The position numbers were made by a program, and so were the translations under genes. 64,000 nt of DNA from Cenococcum geophilum (taxonomy: Eukaryota). The notes under the pieces were generated by a model. The model ran no database searches, was not told the DNA's origin, and worked only from the letters and a program-made list of their open reading frames with translations. Within the stretch, counting starts at the first letter, position 1; every line of letters starts with the position of its first letter. The DNA lies in contig CP158635.1 in assembly GCA_050273025.1 (NCBI GenBank), forward strand, positions 15,190,001-15,254,000, given 5' to 3'. Below, piece by piece: positions 38,502 to 50,949 of this stretch.

Positions 38502-41500
38502 TTATTATTAATTCTATTTATTGCCCGATTTGGTCCCTTTTTAGGTCTATATAGGCTACTACCTATCTATATAGGAAAAAAATCCCCTTAAGGGGGAAAA
38601 ACCTAAGTATTTCCTTGCCGCTAGTAATACGCGTTTCGCCTTTGCCTAGCTAGTATATCTTTGTGTCTTTTGTCTGCCTTATATACTATACTTCCTAGGT
38701 ATATTGGAAGATCTAAGGGGAGAGAGTAGTAGGAGGGTCTGGCGATTTGCTAGTGTGCCGCCTATGGCTAGGCGGGGGGTGACCAGTCTCTAAGGGGCTG
38801 GAGGGGGGCGTGTCCTATAGTGTCCTCCTGTTAGATCTTGTGTGCAGTTTAGAACTGCTAGAGGACTCCTTATCCTATAAGCCATTTTGCTGCTGCTTAT
38901 AGGCCTCTACTTATAGAGAGCATCTAGTTAATATTGTTTATGCCTACGCTAGCGAGTAGCTAGTCCCTTGCTGAGCGGTGGCTGCAAAATAGTAGTATAT
39001 GGCGTACTGTCTGAGCGGGCCATCCGTATATACACTAAGGTGTAGTACTTAGGATATAGATGCCCGCGAGCTATGCGTTTAGGCCTAAAACCTCCGTCTA
39101 TAGTAGGAAGGCGGCTATAGACTCCGCTTTTATTAGTCCTTTATATAGGGGGAGAGTCGGTGTTAACTATAGGGTGTTCTATATGGTTGCGTCTTATATT
39201 TCCGCTACTTCCTTCTATTATTGCTTCCATTCGAGATCTGCCTATCTTGCGATTAGTATAGTAGATCTCCACTTATATTGGTGGCCTCCTATCCTCTATT
39301 GCCGTTGTGGCGCTCTATTAGTGTGGCGTTAGGTCTCTGCCTGGTAGGCTAGTAGTTCCTATATTTTCTTTTTTCTCTCTACTGCTTATAGGTAGAGGGC
39401 TTCCTAGCTAGTGTACTTGGGCGTGTCTCCCCTTTAAGGAGCCCTTGCTCTTTATATATATCTTATTTCTTATATACGTTTTAGCATTTAGCGGATTTTT
39501 TCTTCTACTGGGTGGCCTTATACTGTGACTGCTCTCTATATTGCGGTTATGTTGATATATACGTCTAATAGTGGAACTGCCGCTTTATATTTAAGTGCGG
39601 CGCGTAGTGTTCTTCTATATGCCCCTATAGTTCTACGCAGGCACTTGTTTTATAGCTTGGCTAATAGCGCTAGGGCGCTCTTTACTTACACCTTGCTATT
39701 TAGTCCTAGGCCCCAGACCTAGGAGCCGTATAGCATTGTTGGCCTTACGACTGCTATATATAGTAGGCGTGTAAGTCTAAATAAGGGTCCCTATATTAAG
39801 GCGGTAATTTATAATACTGCCGAGAATGTAGCTGCTCCCCTATAAGTCGCCTGTACAATATACTTGTTTTAGTTTAGTTTAGAGTCTACCTAGACCCCTA
39901 AGATCTTAAGGGTGGCTTCTAGTTTTGCTTCGTAGCCCTAGATATTTATTATTAAGGCTAAATCGCTACTTGCCCTTCTTTTCCTTATAAAGTGGATAAG
40001 CTAGTATTTATCTAGTGCGAATTTAGCGCCGTATTGTTTTGCCTATATAATGCACCTGTTATACGCCTAGTTTAGCCTAGTATAGTTTTCTACTACTATA
40101 TTTCCCTATATAATTAGGTTTGTGTCGTTAACAAATCTAAGGGCTATTATATCCTTACTATTATTAAATGTCTCTAGTAGTTCGGATATAAAGAAGAGGA
40201 ATAGGATTGGTAAGAGGGGTAATCCCTATAGGATGCCTATGGGTATTAGTATTAATTCACTTTCGTATCCCTTAATTATAATTTTTATAGTGCGCCCTAT
40301 TAGGAAGGTATAGATAAACTTAATTATCTAGTCTAGTAGGCCCTTATTTCTTAGGATCTATAGGAGTCTTTTATATAATATATTATTAAAGGCTCCGCTT
40401 AGGTCTAGGCTTAATATAGATATAGTGCATCCTAGGTGAGCTTGCCATACCGCTTGGACGCTAAAGGTAATTAGAGAGAGGGCTAAGAGGGTTAATCGTT
40501 TCTTTCTTGCGCCCATTTATGTCTACAGTAGTAGCTCCTATACTTCTACCGCTTCTTATATATATTCTATAACTATCTTTTCTAGGAGCTTTCCTAGGGT
40601 GTTTTCTAGGGCGATTGGGCAGTAGCTTTCCGGAAGGGAATAGTCTTTTTTTTTATACCTTTTGTAAGATAACCGTAGTTATTACTTTAAAGCCTTTAGG
40701 TAGTTCGCCTCCTTAGAGACAGGAGGTTATAGCGTTAGTAAGTAGTATTACTATCGCTTTTACCGCAGCCTTAATTGCCTTATTTAGGATCTTATTTAGC
40801 CCTAGCGCTTTACTAGTAGGGAGCTTTTATATAGCGTCCTTTATTTCTTTTACTAATATTATATAGCTTATTTCGATAGGTATAGGAAGGGATTAGCTGC
40901 TAATGTCCTATAGGTCCGCTTGGCCTACGCCAGGGAAGAACCTTTCTGCTAGTATTTTAATTTTTTCCTCATTATTATTCGTGTACTAGTCCTATTCTGA
41001 CCGGCGTAGTGCGGGTAGGTAGGGGTCCCCTAGCGTCTCTTTGGCGGCTTACCTACTCCACTTTAATATATACTATAGTCCCTTGTTATATGGTTTAGTA
41101 GGGTTTAAGGTAATTTCTTTAAGGAATTAGCGCTAGTTATTTCTGCCCTCTTTCTAAATTATCTTCTTAAGCCTGTTTTTAAGGGCCTTAAAGCTCTATT
41201 AGTAGTAAGCTTCTATATTATCGCCTCGCCCTTCTAGCGCCTATAAGTAGCTAGGCCGCCTCTAGCGACTATTTACGGCGGGCGTATTTGCTAGGTTGGG
41301 CCTTTAGGCAGTATTCTTTTAGGTAGTTACTTATAATTCTCTAAATGTCCTCTAGCAATGCTTAAGGTATAGCTGCTAGCCTATTAGTGATTTCCTAGGT
41401 ATACTTTTTCTGGTTAAATTTTTTAGTGGCGTATCTCTGGCGGGTTTACTGCGCTAGTACGGCGACGTTAAGCGCTATCCGTATGGGTATATAGTCTATA

Positions 41501-43713
41501 GTAATTGCCTATATATCTTCTAGTCCGTAGAACTCTAGTTAGTTTATAAGTGTGTCTTTAATAAATATAAGGTTAATTATACTCTCTTAGGTCCCTCTTT
41601 TCTAGGTAGGTTTACCAGTTAGGGTAGTAAGGGTAAGGCCCCGCGTTTTTAGCTCGTTTAATAGGTAGATCGCCTATACTTTAACTATAGCTTACTACCC
41701 TCCCTACGATATATAGTGTGTATTAAAGTCCCCTAAGATAATTACCTTGCCTTCTACTGTGTTGATTATCTGTTAAAGTAGTCCCTATATAGCAATTTGG
41801 GGTTTATTATCGCTTAGGTTATAGACATTAATAATACTAATTTAGCCTTAATTAGTAGCTAGTTATAGCTTATTAATGTTAGGGCTAGTGTTATAGTAGC
41901 TCCATACCTATATATCGATGCGTTAACTAACTAGGAAGTATATATAGGTAGCCAGGTTTGGTTTATATAGGAGATAGTATCCTTTTAGTTGGTATGTTTT
42001 GCGTGTTTGCTTATTATATACCGGTTCTTATAGAGCTATTATTTAGTGCTCTTCTAGGTTTAGGCTATTAAATAGTGGCCGTACTGCTTTGTAGTTTAAG
42101 TATCCGCAGTTATATTATACTATTATTAATCTATTTATAGTATTGGTTGGTCTAGTAACTTATGGGTATCTTCTGTTCTCCTTTAGGGCGTCTCGGCTGG
42201 GGTTATTACAATTAGGATTTTTTACTGGGATGGGTTTTTAGAGGCATTAGTGCTGCCTTATGGGCGTCCTACGCTCCGCTTTATAGCTAGTTAGGTAAAG
42301 GGTGCTTCTATTAGAGTAGGTACCCTAGATCTTTTTCTTTATACAACTATCCACCCGCCGTTGCCTATTATACTTAGCTCTTTCTCCTTGTATGCGTTTC
42401 CCTGTATTACGGCTATAGCCTAGTATAGTTTAGCTTGCCTTTTCCTAGTGGCTTTTAGGTATACCTAGAAGGTCTTATAGGCCGTCTTCTGCCATGCTTT
42501 ATGTTCTTTACCGTAGTTTACGCATCTAACTCCCTTGACCTTAGGGCAGTCTTTCGTCTTATATATATCGGCGCATAGTCCGCACCTTCCCTATCTCCCG
42601 CATGCGCTCTAGGTGTGGCCCTACTGCTAGTATTTAAAGCATTGGCGTATTTAGACTGCGTGGTAGTATAACCAGGCTTTATACTAGAGGCTATCTATAA
42701 CTATTTCTTTGCATATAACTACCGCCTGCATCTTCTAGGTCGGTAGGTTAATAATTAAGGTGCCGCGTGTTTTGACCTTTTGGAACCCTAGTAATACGCC
42801 TATATATATAGTGCGTACTTTATAGAGCCATACGACTCTAGATATCGTAATTCCTAGGATTAATTTCTTAGTGGCCTCTATAATCCTTTAGATGAGTTAT
42901 AAGTTTGTGGCGCCTTATCCGCTTTCTACTTATATATTAATAGGTACTTTAAGTACTTTAATTAGGTAGTCCTAGCGGAGTATCTTATACTCGGGGGTGT
43001 CTCCCTAGGTTATAGCCTGGTCCTTTACCTATTAGTTTAGGAGTATAACCTCTACGTCGCCGCTATATAGGACCTTTACTGCTACTGCCTTTGGTATATA
43101 TGTCCTAATTGCTATAAGAATCTGTTTTGGCTCTACTGCTACTGCTTTTAGCGTTTGGACCCTAACTATAGACCTTATAGGTGCTACGCTAGGGAGGCGC
43201 TGGGGAGGCGCCGGTTGGGCGCTGGCGGCGATGTTGGCCCATAAGGGCTTTATTATATGCGTTGTTGGTATTCCCTATAATTTTATAGCGTCCTTAATAC
43301 GCCTAAGCCTATCCTCTACCGCGTTCTAGTTCCTATTATGCCTTATCTATAGTTCCTAAGTAATATATCTAGCCTATTAGGCCGCACGCGCTACCCCTAC
43401 GCGTAGGTGTTCGTCTTCTCCCTTCCCTAGGTCTTCCTTAATGTCTTTTAAAATATCTACGAGTTTCTGCCATTTCTGGTCATTGTCCTTTAGTTGTTGT
43501 AGTTAGGTCACCCCCTATTGGGTTTATTGTGGTGTCGCATTTTTTTATGTTTTAACCCATCTTTAAGTCTACTATAACCCTCCTAGGTCGCGCAGGCTTT
43601 CCGGCTGTAGTGCGTGTATTAATTCTAGGGCATATTATACCGTAGATTTAATTGGGAGTAGTTGTATCTTTATTGGATAAGTAATGGGCGTGTTCTGCTG
43701 CTGTAGCGGCTCC
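38502..43713 (-). mobile_element. Full-length Tad1/CgT1-like LINE, RIP-degraded
   Basis: 14-bp TSD ACTTACTTTAATTA (38488-38501 and 43714-43727) and a (TAA)n 3' tail. ORF1 has three CCHC knuckles (~42480-42650). RT motifs GIL*GLPLLPILFL (~40200-40240) and FVND (~40125). Confidence 0.92.
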
Positions 43714-43810
43714 ACTTACTTTAATTAATAGTAACTTAACTATAAAGGATTTGCGTGTTACAAATAAGCATATAAAAGGTAGTTAATATTTACTAAGGTA
43801 AGTCACTATA

Positions 43811-44225
43811 ACGTAGTCGGCGGGCTAGTGGCCCACGCGGGCTAGTGGCCCACCTCAAAACCCAACCAAAAATTAGATAATTCATACCTTAATATCTTAA
43901 CAACCACTTAATAATAATTTCTAATAATTTATATTTTGACCTTTATATACACTTTACAGCTTCTATTAAAGTTATATAGTAAATAGTTTAGTAGTTTTTA
44001 AGATATAGTAATTTAGCCTTATTTTAGCCCCTAAAATTTAATATATTAAAAACTACTAAACTAATTACTATGCAACTTTAATAGAAGCTGTAAAGTGTAT
44101 ATAAAAGTCCAAATCCAAATTATTAGAATTTATTATTAAGTGGTTGTTAAGATATTAAGGTATAAATTTGGTGGGTTTTGAGGTGGGCCACTAGCCCGCG
44201 TGGGCCACTAGCCCGCCGACTACGT
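43811..44225. mobile_element. Foldback MITE (415 bp) with pogo/Fot1-type ACGT termini
   Basis: Nearly fully palindromic, with ends ACGTAGTCGGCGGGCTAGTGGCCCAC. TA TSD is supported by the empty site in the paralogous unit at ~46431-46450. Confidence 0.92.
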
Positions 44226-44378
44226 TAATAGTAATTATTTATTAGTAAGCTAATTTAATAAAATCTATAGCGCAGATATTTACCTTAATTAACCTCTATA
44301 CTTCTACCTTACAATATTACACCATAAACTTTATTATTATTGTTTTATCTACTGTCTATTAGCATACTACTATCTATA

Positions 44379-45894
44379 ATGCCTTCTTTTATACCTCTAA
44401 ATACGTCTAATAGCTATTTAGTTAAGGAACTTAATACGCGCGACGTTAATAATAAAATAATTAAGGACGCTTTTAAGGACGCTCTTTCTTTTACTAATTC
44501 TTTAGAATTTCTACCTAGAGAGTAAGCTTTCTAATACTAAATTATGCCTATAGCTAATATAATTTTAGGAAATACGTACTAAAGCACTCTTTATTGGATC
44601 TAGCAGAGTACTATAATAAGGTTATTGCGAAATCCACCAGAAATCTACTTACCTCTTTACTGCTTACCTCTTTACCGCTTACTTCTTTACTGCTTACTTT
44701 TTTACCGCCTGCCTTTAAGCCGCTTATTTCTTTATTACCTACTACTTCTAAGGAGTTTAATCCTCGCTGTGCTTTTACTTCTCTTAAGAGGTAGGCTAAT
44801 AGAATTGCTGCGCAAATATTTTAGTATAAAATAGCCTTTAAATTATATATGTTAGCTATACTCTTTTAGTGTCTTATTTACTAATTTACCTCTTATAGTA
44901 ACCTAATAGAAATGTTAGAGATTTTAGATAATAATAAAGAGAATAATCTTAATAACGCTAACTCTCCTAAAAGCCCTCCTTTATCCTTTTATAATCTCCG
45001 TAGCCCTTATAAGCTTTATAGCACGTAAATAGCCTAAGCTATAATGTTGGATATTAATATAAATAAGCGCCTTTCTATTTAAGTGCCGTTAGTAAATAAA
45101 TAGTATATCTTAAAAGCTAGTGCTTAGGAGAATATAAAGGAAACTCGCTAGCGGATATATACCTACGTCTAGAATATTAAGGGTAGCTTTGGTATGCTAC
45201 GTAATCCACTATACGCTCTATACATTAAATAAGATTATAAATATCGCGTCTATAAGCAGAACTCTGGGCTATATTTTAAAGGTACGTGCTTAAGATATTG
45301 CTTAAGTGGTAGGTCGTGCGAAAAGGTATATACTAATAGTATATTATTATTCTATTAGCTAACACGCATATAGGATAGTTTGTTAAAACTAGAGCCGGTT
45401 ATACCTTAATGTAAAAAAATATACGTAATTAGCTTCTGCTAGTAGTTTAGCTAGAACGCCTACTAAGAAGGTATAATATCCGCATTTTAATAATATAGAT
45501 ATTACTGATATCCGTATAACTTTATACCCGCACTATTCCCCCTTTAGAGACCTCCCCTTCTCCTAAAACTCTTATTTATAGTAATATACGCAGCTATAAG
45601 GGTACCCGTTCTGCCGCTACTTCTCCTACTCTTTTACTAATTCCTAGCACGCTTAGTGCTGCTTTTAGTATTACTACCACTCCCGCTAGCACGGAGAATA
45701 TTAGGGTGTATTTAGCAATTACTATTTCCGTACGCGTTAATATAGTTTATAAATAGGTGACTAAGATAGTGAAAGATGTTCGGGCTATAGATCGTTAGTT
45801 AAGTAAGCTTAAAGATTCTCTAAGTAAGATAAAGAATAGGCTTGCGTTTATAAGGCGTAGTATTATAGTACTTATACGCAACGCCGGGTTGCTA
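44379..45894 (+). pseudogene. Tandem-duplicated Cys-rich / coiled-coil gene, copy A (RIP-degraded, with introns)
   Basis: MPSFIPLN start; GTCLRYCLSGRSCEK then a GT…CTAAC…AG intron (~45280-45375); heptad-like C-terminus. Paralogous to 46613-48360. Confidence 0.55.
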
Positions 45895-46365
45895 CGTTAG
45901 GAAAAAATTTAGCAGCATTTTGCCAGCATTTTTAGCATTTCGTAGCATTTCGTAGCATTTAAAACAGACCATACGCATTAAGCAGCATCTAGGCAGCTAT
46001 ATATATATATTATATATAAAATTTTTATTTTTAAATAGATAATTAGATATAGTATATTATATAATAATTTTTTTTATAAATTACTTATAAATTACGTAAG
46101 TTATTCTACTTCTAAAAATGTTTTTAAAAAAATTTAACTTTTTTTTTAAAAGTAGAATAACTTAAGTAATTTATAAGTAATTTATAAAAAAATTATTATA
46201 TAATATACTATATCTAATTATCTATCTAAAAATAAAAAATTTATATATAATATATATATATAGCTGCCTAGATGCTGCTTAATACGTATAGTCTGTTTTA
46301 AATACTACGAAATGCTATAAAATGCTAAAAATGCTAGCAAAATGCTGCTAAATTTTTTCCTAACG
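45895..46365. mobile_element. AT-rich foldback element / MITE (~471 bp)
   Basis: ~220-bp inverted arms (CGTTAGGAAAAAATTTAGCAGCATTT…AAATGCTGCTAAATTTTTTCCTAACG) flanked by TA, with subterminal AGCATTT repeats. Absent from paralogous unit B. Confidence 0.85.
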
Positions 46366-46612
46366 TAGATATCCATATAAGCTAAGATAAAGATATTTAT
46401 ATATCTGCACTGTTAATAATTATTAAAGTAAGTCACTATAGTAGCAATTATTTATTAGTGAGCTAATTTAATAAAATAGGTAGCGTAGATATTTACCTTT
46501 AATTAACCTCCGTACCTCTTCTTCCTCTATTAACCTTTTACCTTATAGCACCGTACCGCAAACTTTATTATTACTGTTTTATCTACTATCCCTTAGTATT
46601 CTTCTATCTACG

Positions 46613-48360
46613 ATGCCTTTATTTATACCTATAAATAATATTAATGCGAATAATAGCAGCTAGGTAGTTAAGGAGCTTAATATACGCGAAATAAACGAGG
46701 ATGCTGTTAAGTACACTATAGCTGCTTCTACTAAACCTTTAGGCTCTGTTCCTAAAGAGTAAGCTTTCTAATACTAAATTATACCTATAGCTAATATAAT
46801 TGTAGAAAATATATACCGAAGCGCTCTTTATAGGATTTAGTAGATAACAAAAATATAGATAGAGCGAAATCCGCTAAAAATCCGCGTACCTTTTCGCTGC
46901 CTGCCTTTCCTTTGCCTATATCTTTACCGTAGACTACTTTACCGTCCGCTTCTTCGCCGTCTGCCTCTCTACTACTACCACCTAATGCTTTTAAAAGGAG
47001 GCTTAATAAGACTTAGTTATCTTCTTTTCTTAAAAAGTAGGCTAGAAAGGCTGCTAATATAAATCTAAAGGCTAAAATAGCCATTAAATTATATATGTTA
47101 GTGTTTGTATCAATTTAATAATACAATTGAGTCATATCCCGGGGCACGAAATACGTATAGTATCGTATGCTCTTTGGGATGATGGTGACTGTCGATTCTA
47201 TTGAGGTAGACTACGTGGTCTATATACTGACGCGCCTCCCCCCTAATTAGTCAGCATATAAGTAGTTGGTGCACCGAACGCGTATTTACGCATTCGTGCA
47301 CCAGGTGCTGTAATCATACAGTTAGTTATACTGTTTCAATATCTTATTTACTAATTTACCTCTTATAGTGACCTAAATATTTATAAGGTTTCTTTAGATA
47401 GCAAATCTTTAGATAGCGGTAAAGATAAAGATCTTAATAATGCTGACTCTGATAATCTCCGCAGCCCTTATAATCTCTATAGCCCTTATAATCTCTATAG
47501 CCCTTACAATCTCTATAGTACTATAAATATAAATAAGCGTCTTTCTATCTAAGTGCCGCTAGCAAATAAATAGTATACTTTAAAAGCTAGTATTTAGGAG
47601 AACATAAAGGAAAGTCGCTAGTGGATATTAATATACATCTAGAATATTAAGGGTAGCTTTAGTAAGCTGCGTAACTTACTATATACTCTATATAAGAAGC
47701 ATAGCTATAAATATCGTGTTTATAAGAAGGACTCTAGGCCTTATTTTGGGGGTACGTACTTAAGATATTATATAGATAGTAGGTCGTGTGGAAAGGTATA
47801 TGCTAATAGTATACTATTATTCTGTCAGCTAACACGCGTATAGGAAAGTTTACTAAATCTAGAGCCGGTTACACCTTAGGGCAAAAAACGTACAAAGTTA
47901 GCTTCTGCTAATAGTCTAGCTAAAACGCCTACTAAGAAGGTATAATATCCGCATAGCTTTGTTCTCGCACTATCCCCGCCCGCGCTACTACGCCTCCCCC
48001 CTTACTAAGGCCTCCCCCCCTATTAAGACTCCCACTTATAGTAGTATACGCGGCCGTAGAGGCACCCGCTTTGCTGCTGCTCCTCTAACTTTTTTACTAA
48101 TTACTAGCACGCTAGGTGCTGCTGCCGCTTCCGCTAGTACTGGGTCTATTAGGGTATATTTAATAATTGCTGTTTCTGCGCGCGTTAATATAGTTTATAA
48201 ATAGGTAACTAATATAGCAAAAGATGTTTAAGCTATAGATCGCCAGTTTAATAAGTTTAAAGATTCTCTAAGTAAAATAAAGGATAAGCTTGCATTCCTA
48301 AGGCGTAGTATTACTACACTTATATATAATGCTAAGCTACCGGATATTAAATATAGGTAA
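46613..48360 (+). pseudogene. Tandem-duplicated Cys-rich / coiled-coil gene, copy B
   Basis: Block-wise similarity to 44379-45894 (e.g. 47530-47950 vs 45060-45485; 48130-48330 vs 45680-45885). Confidence 0.55.
47102..47320. mobile_element. Solo LTR (219 bp)
   Basis: TGT…ACA termini with GTTAG TSD; empty site in copy A at ~44851. Confidence 0.9.
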
Positions 48361-48485
48361 ATATAAGTTAGCTATTACTACGGGTTAGCTGTTATTGCTA
48401 GTTTATAATAATAAAATAGTAGCTTTTACCTTTTTGCTACTATATATATAGGAATTAAGTCTCTGCCTTATATTTAATAGATATA

Positions 48486-50782
48486 ACGTATTCCACCATC
48501 GAGCCGGCAGAACCATCGAGCCGGCAGATCCATTTCCCCACCAAAAATCGTAAAAATCACAATATAATATCTTAACAACCACTTAATAATAAATTCTAAT
48601 AATTTAGATTTAGACTTTTATATACACTCTACAGCTTCTATTAAAGTTGCATAGTAAATAGTTTAGTAGTTTTTAAGATATAGTAATTTGGCTATATTTT
48701 GGCCCCCAAATTTTAATACCTTAAAAACTACTAAACTATTTACTATGCAACTTTAATAGAAGCTGCAGAGTGTATATAAAAGTCTAAATCTAAATTATTA
48801 GAATTTATTATTAAGTGGTTGTTGAGATATTATATTGTGATTTTTACGATTTTTGGTGGGGAAATGGATCTGCCGGTGTCGGAATATATGGACAGAGGTT
48901 ACGTGGTTACGTGTCGTCGACGTGTCGTCGTCGTGTCGCTGATTAGTCACCCTTATGGTGACTCATTAGCCCCCTACTTAGGCACTGCGATCCTTACGAT
49001 CCTCTGCTTTCGATACCTATTAGACAAGAATCAATTTATCAGTTAATAGGCCAATTAAGTGCACTTAGGTAATACCGACATTGATTAATGGTTAACCTTA
49101 CCGGTTGGCTATAGAGCAATAAGGTTTACTGCCGCCCCAGCAGCTTCGTTTGATTGTAAGCAGCATTCTAGTACCTAGCAGCAAAACCAATACCTAGCAG
49201 CTCCGGCAGCACCCAACCCCAGCAGCTTAGAATATACGACAAATACGTAACGTATAAGACATTCTATAGTAGCAAATTAACCCCTAGTACGACCTCTTCA
49301 CTGAGCGCCGTACCCCCAGCTTAACAGCATTAACCCCTAGTACGACCTCTTCACTAAGTGCCGTACCCCTAGCTTAATAGCACCCAACGTCTAACAGCCC
49401 TTGGGCAGTACCCCAGCAGCAGCTACCTCAGCAGTACTACGGCAGCGCTCTAGCCGTACACAGCACACCAGCTTTTACAGCACCCAACATCTAACTACCT
49501 AACTGCTTTACGCAGTACCCTAGCGTAGCTACGCAACTCAGCAGTAAACCATTACCTAGTGTGCTCAGCATACAAATCAACATCTAATAGCCCTCGGGCA
49601 GTACCCCAGCAGCTACCTTAGTAGCTACCCCAGCAGTACTACGGCAGCGCTCTAGCCGTACACAGTATACTAGCTTTTACAGCATCCAACAACCTAGCAG
49701 CATTAGCAGTACTAAAACACCTAGTTACCTTAGACTTGCGGAAAACTAGTAATAGAAGTGTCACTGAGTACTGGGAGATACCAAGTTGCGTCTATTACGC
49801 AGAACAACCACGTTTACGAAGATTTGGTCGAGTACTTTAGGTTAGAAGTGTCACTGAACCTAGGGTCCTAAGTTAACGTCCGAAACGCGCTCCTTACTAC
49901 CCCTTACCTACCTATAATCCCGACACCGTCTGCTACCTTCTTTGCAGATCTGCTATGTCGAATACCACGTTAACAGAGTTTATATATTGGTGGTTTCACG
50001 CACAGAGAAAGAACTGCTAGTATTGGAATGTATAGATAGAGGTTACGTGGTCACATCCTACCGACTAAACGATTGTGCCGTTACGCCTGCAATCTATCTA
50101 ACGCTAGCACCGTACTGCCACATACTATCGACAAACTGATAGCGCCGCTATGCCTGCTATTACGATACTGATCGCGCCGATATGCCTGCTATCTACCGAC
50201 CGAATGATCGTGCCTATACGCCTGCGATCTACCAACTGATAGACAAGCTCTATGCTTGACCACTATCACTACCGCCGCTGGTACCGTACTACCACCTAAT
50301 AGACTTTTGCTGCTTTTACCTACAGCTAAACTAATACCTTGGTGCCTTCCTGCAGCACTACAATTGACTTCTACTGCTCTACCTGCAGTAATATAATCGA
50401 CAACTGCTGCTCCGCCTACAGTACTACCACGAACTCGTGCTGCCTTCCTACTCTAGCTAAACCGACACCTTGCTACCTTGCTGCCTTGCTGCCTTGCTAC
50501 CCTGCTGCCTTACTACCTTCCTGCAGCACCATAAGCATAAAGAAAGAACTGCCAGTGTCGGAATATATGGACAGAGGTTACGTGGTTACGTGTCGTCGAC
50601 GTGTCGTCGTCGTGTCGCTGATTAGTCACCCTTATGGTGACTCATCAGCCCCCTACTTAGGCACTGCGATCCTTACGATCCTCTGCTTTCGATACCTATT
50701 AGACAAGAATCAATTCATCAGTTAATAGGCCAATCAAGTGCACTTAGGTGATACCGACAGCCGGCTCGATGGTGGAATACGT
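48486..50782. mobile_element. Foldback MITE (~410 bp native) with ACGT termini, interrupted in its right TIR by an LTR element
   Basis: ACGTATTCCACCATCGAGCCGGCAGA…TCTGCCGG|CTCGATGGTGGAATACGT, flanked by TA. Palindromic core is shared with 43811-44225. Confidence 0.9.
48877..50759 (+). mobile_element. Non-autonomous LTR retroelement (TRIM-like, 1883 bp)
   Basis: 204-bp LTRs at 48877-49080 and 50556-50759 (TGTCGG…CCGACA) with GCCGG TSD. Purine tract AAAGAAAGAA before the 3' LTR; non-coding, repetitive interior. Confidence 0.92.
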
Positions 50783-50949
50783 TACTTAATTAATATTATA
50801 ATATCCGTATAAGCTAAGATAAAGATATTTATATATCCGCACTATAAAATAGCTTACTGCTACGTTATATACTACGCACTAAGAAGATTATACGCTAGCT
50901 AGAGTTAATATTAATAAAAAAAACTTAATTAATATATTAAGATAGAAAC

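Noticed and set aside
48819..50725. Two ORFs sharing the C-terminus …LPVSEYMDRGYVVTCRRR…
   Set aside because: The identity comes from reading through the two LTR copies; they are not genes.
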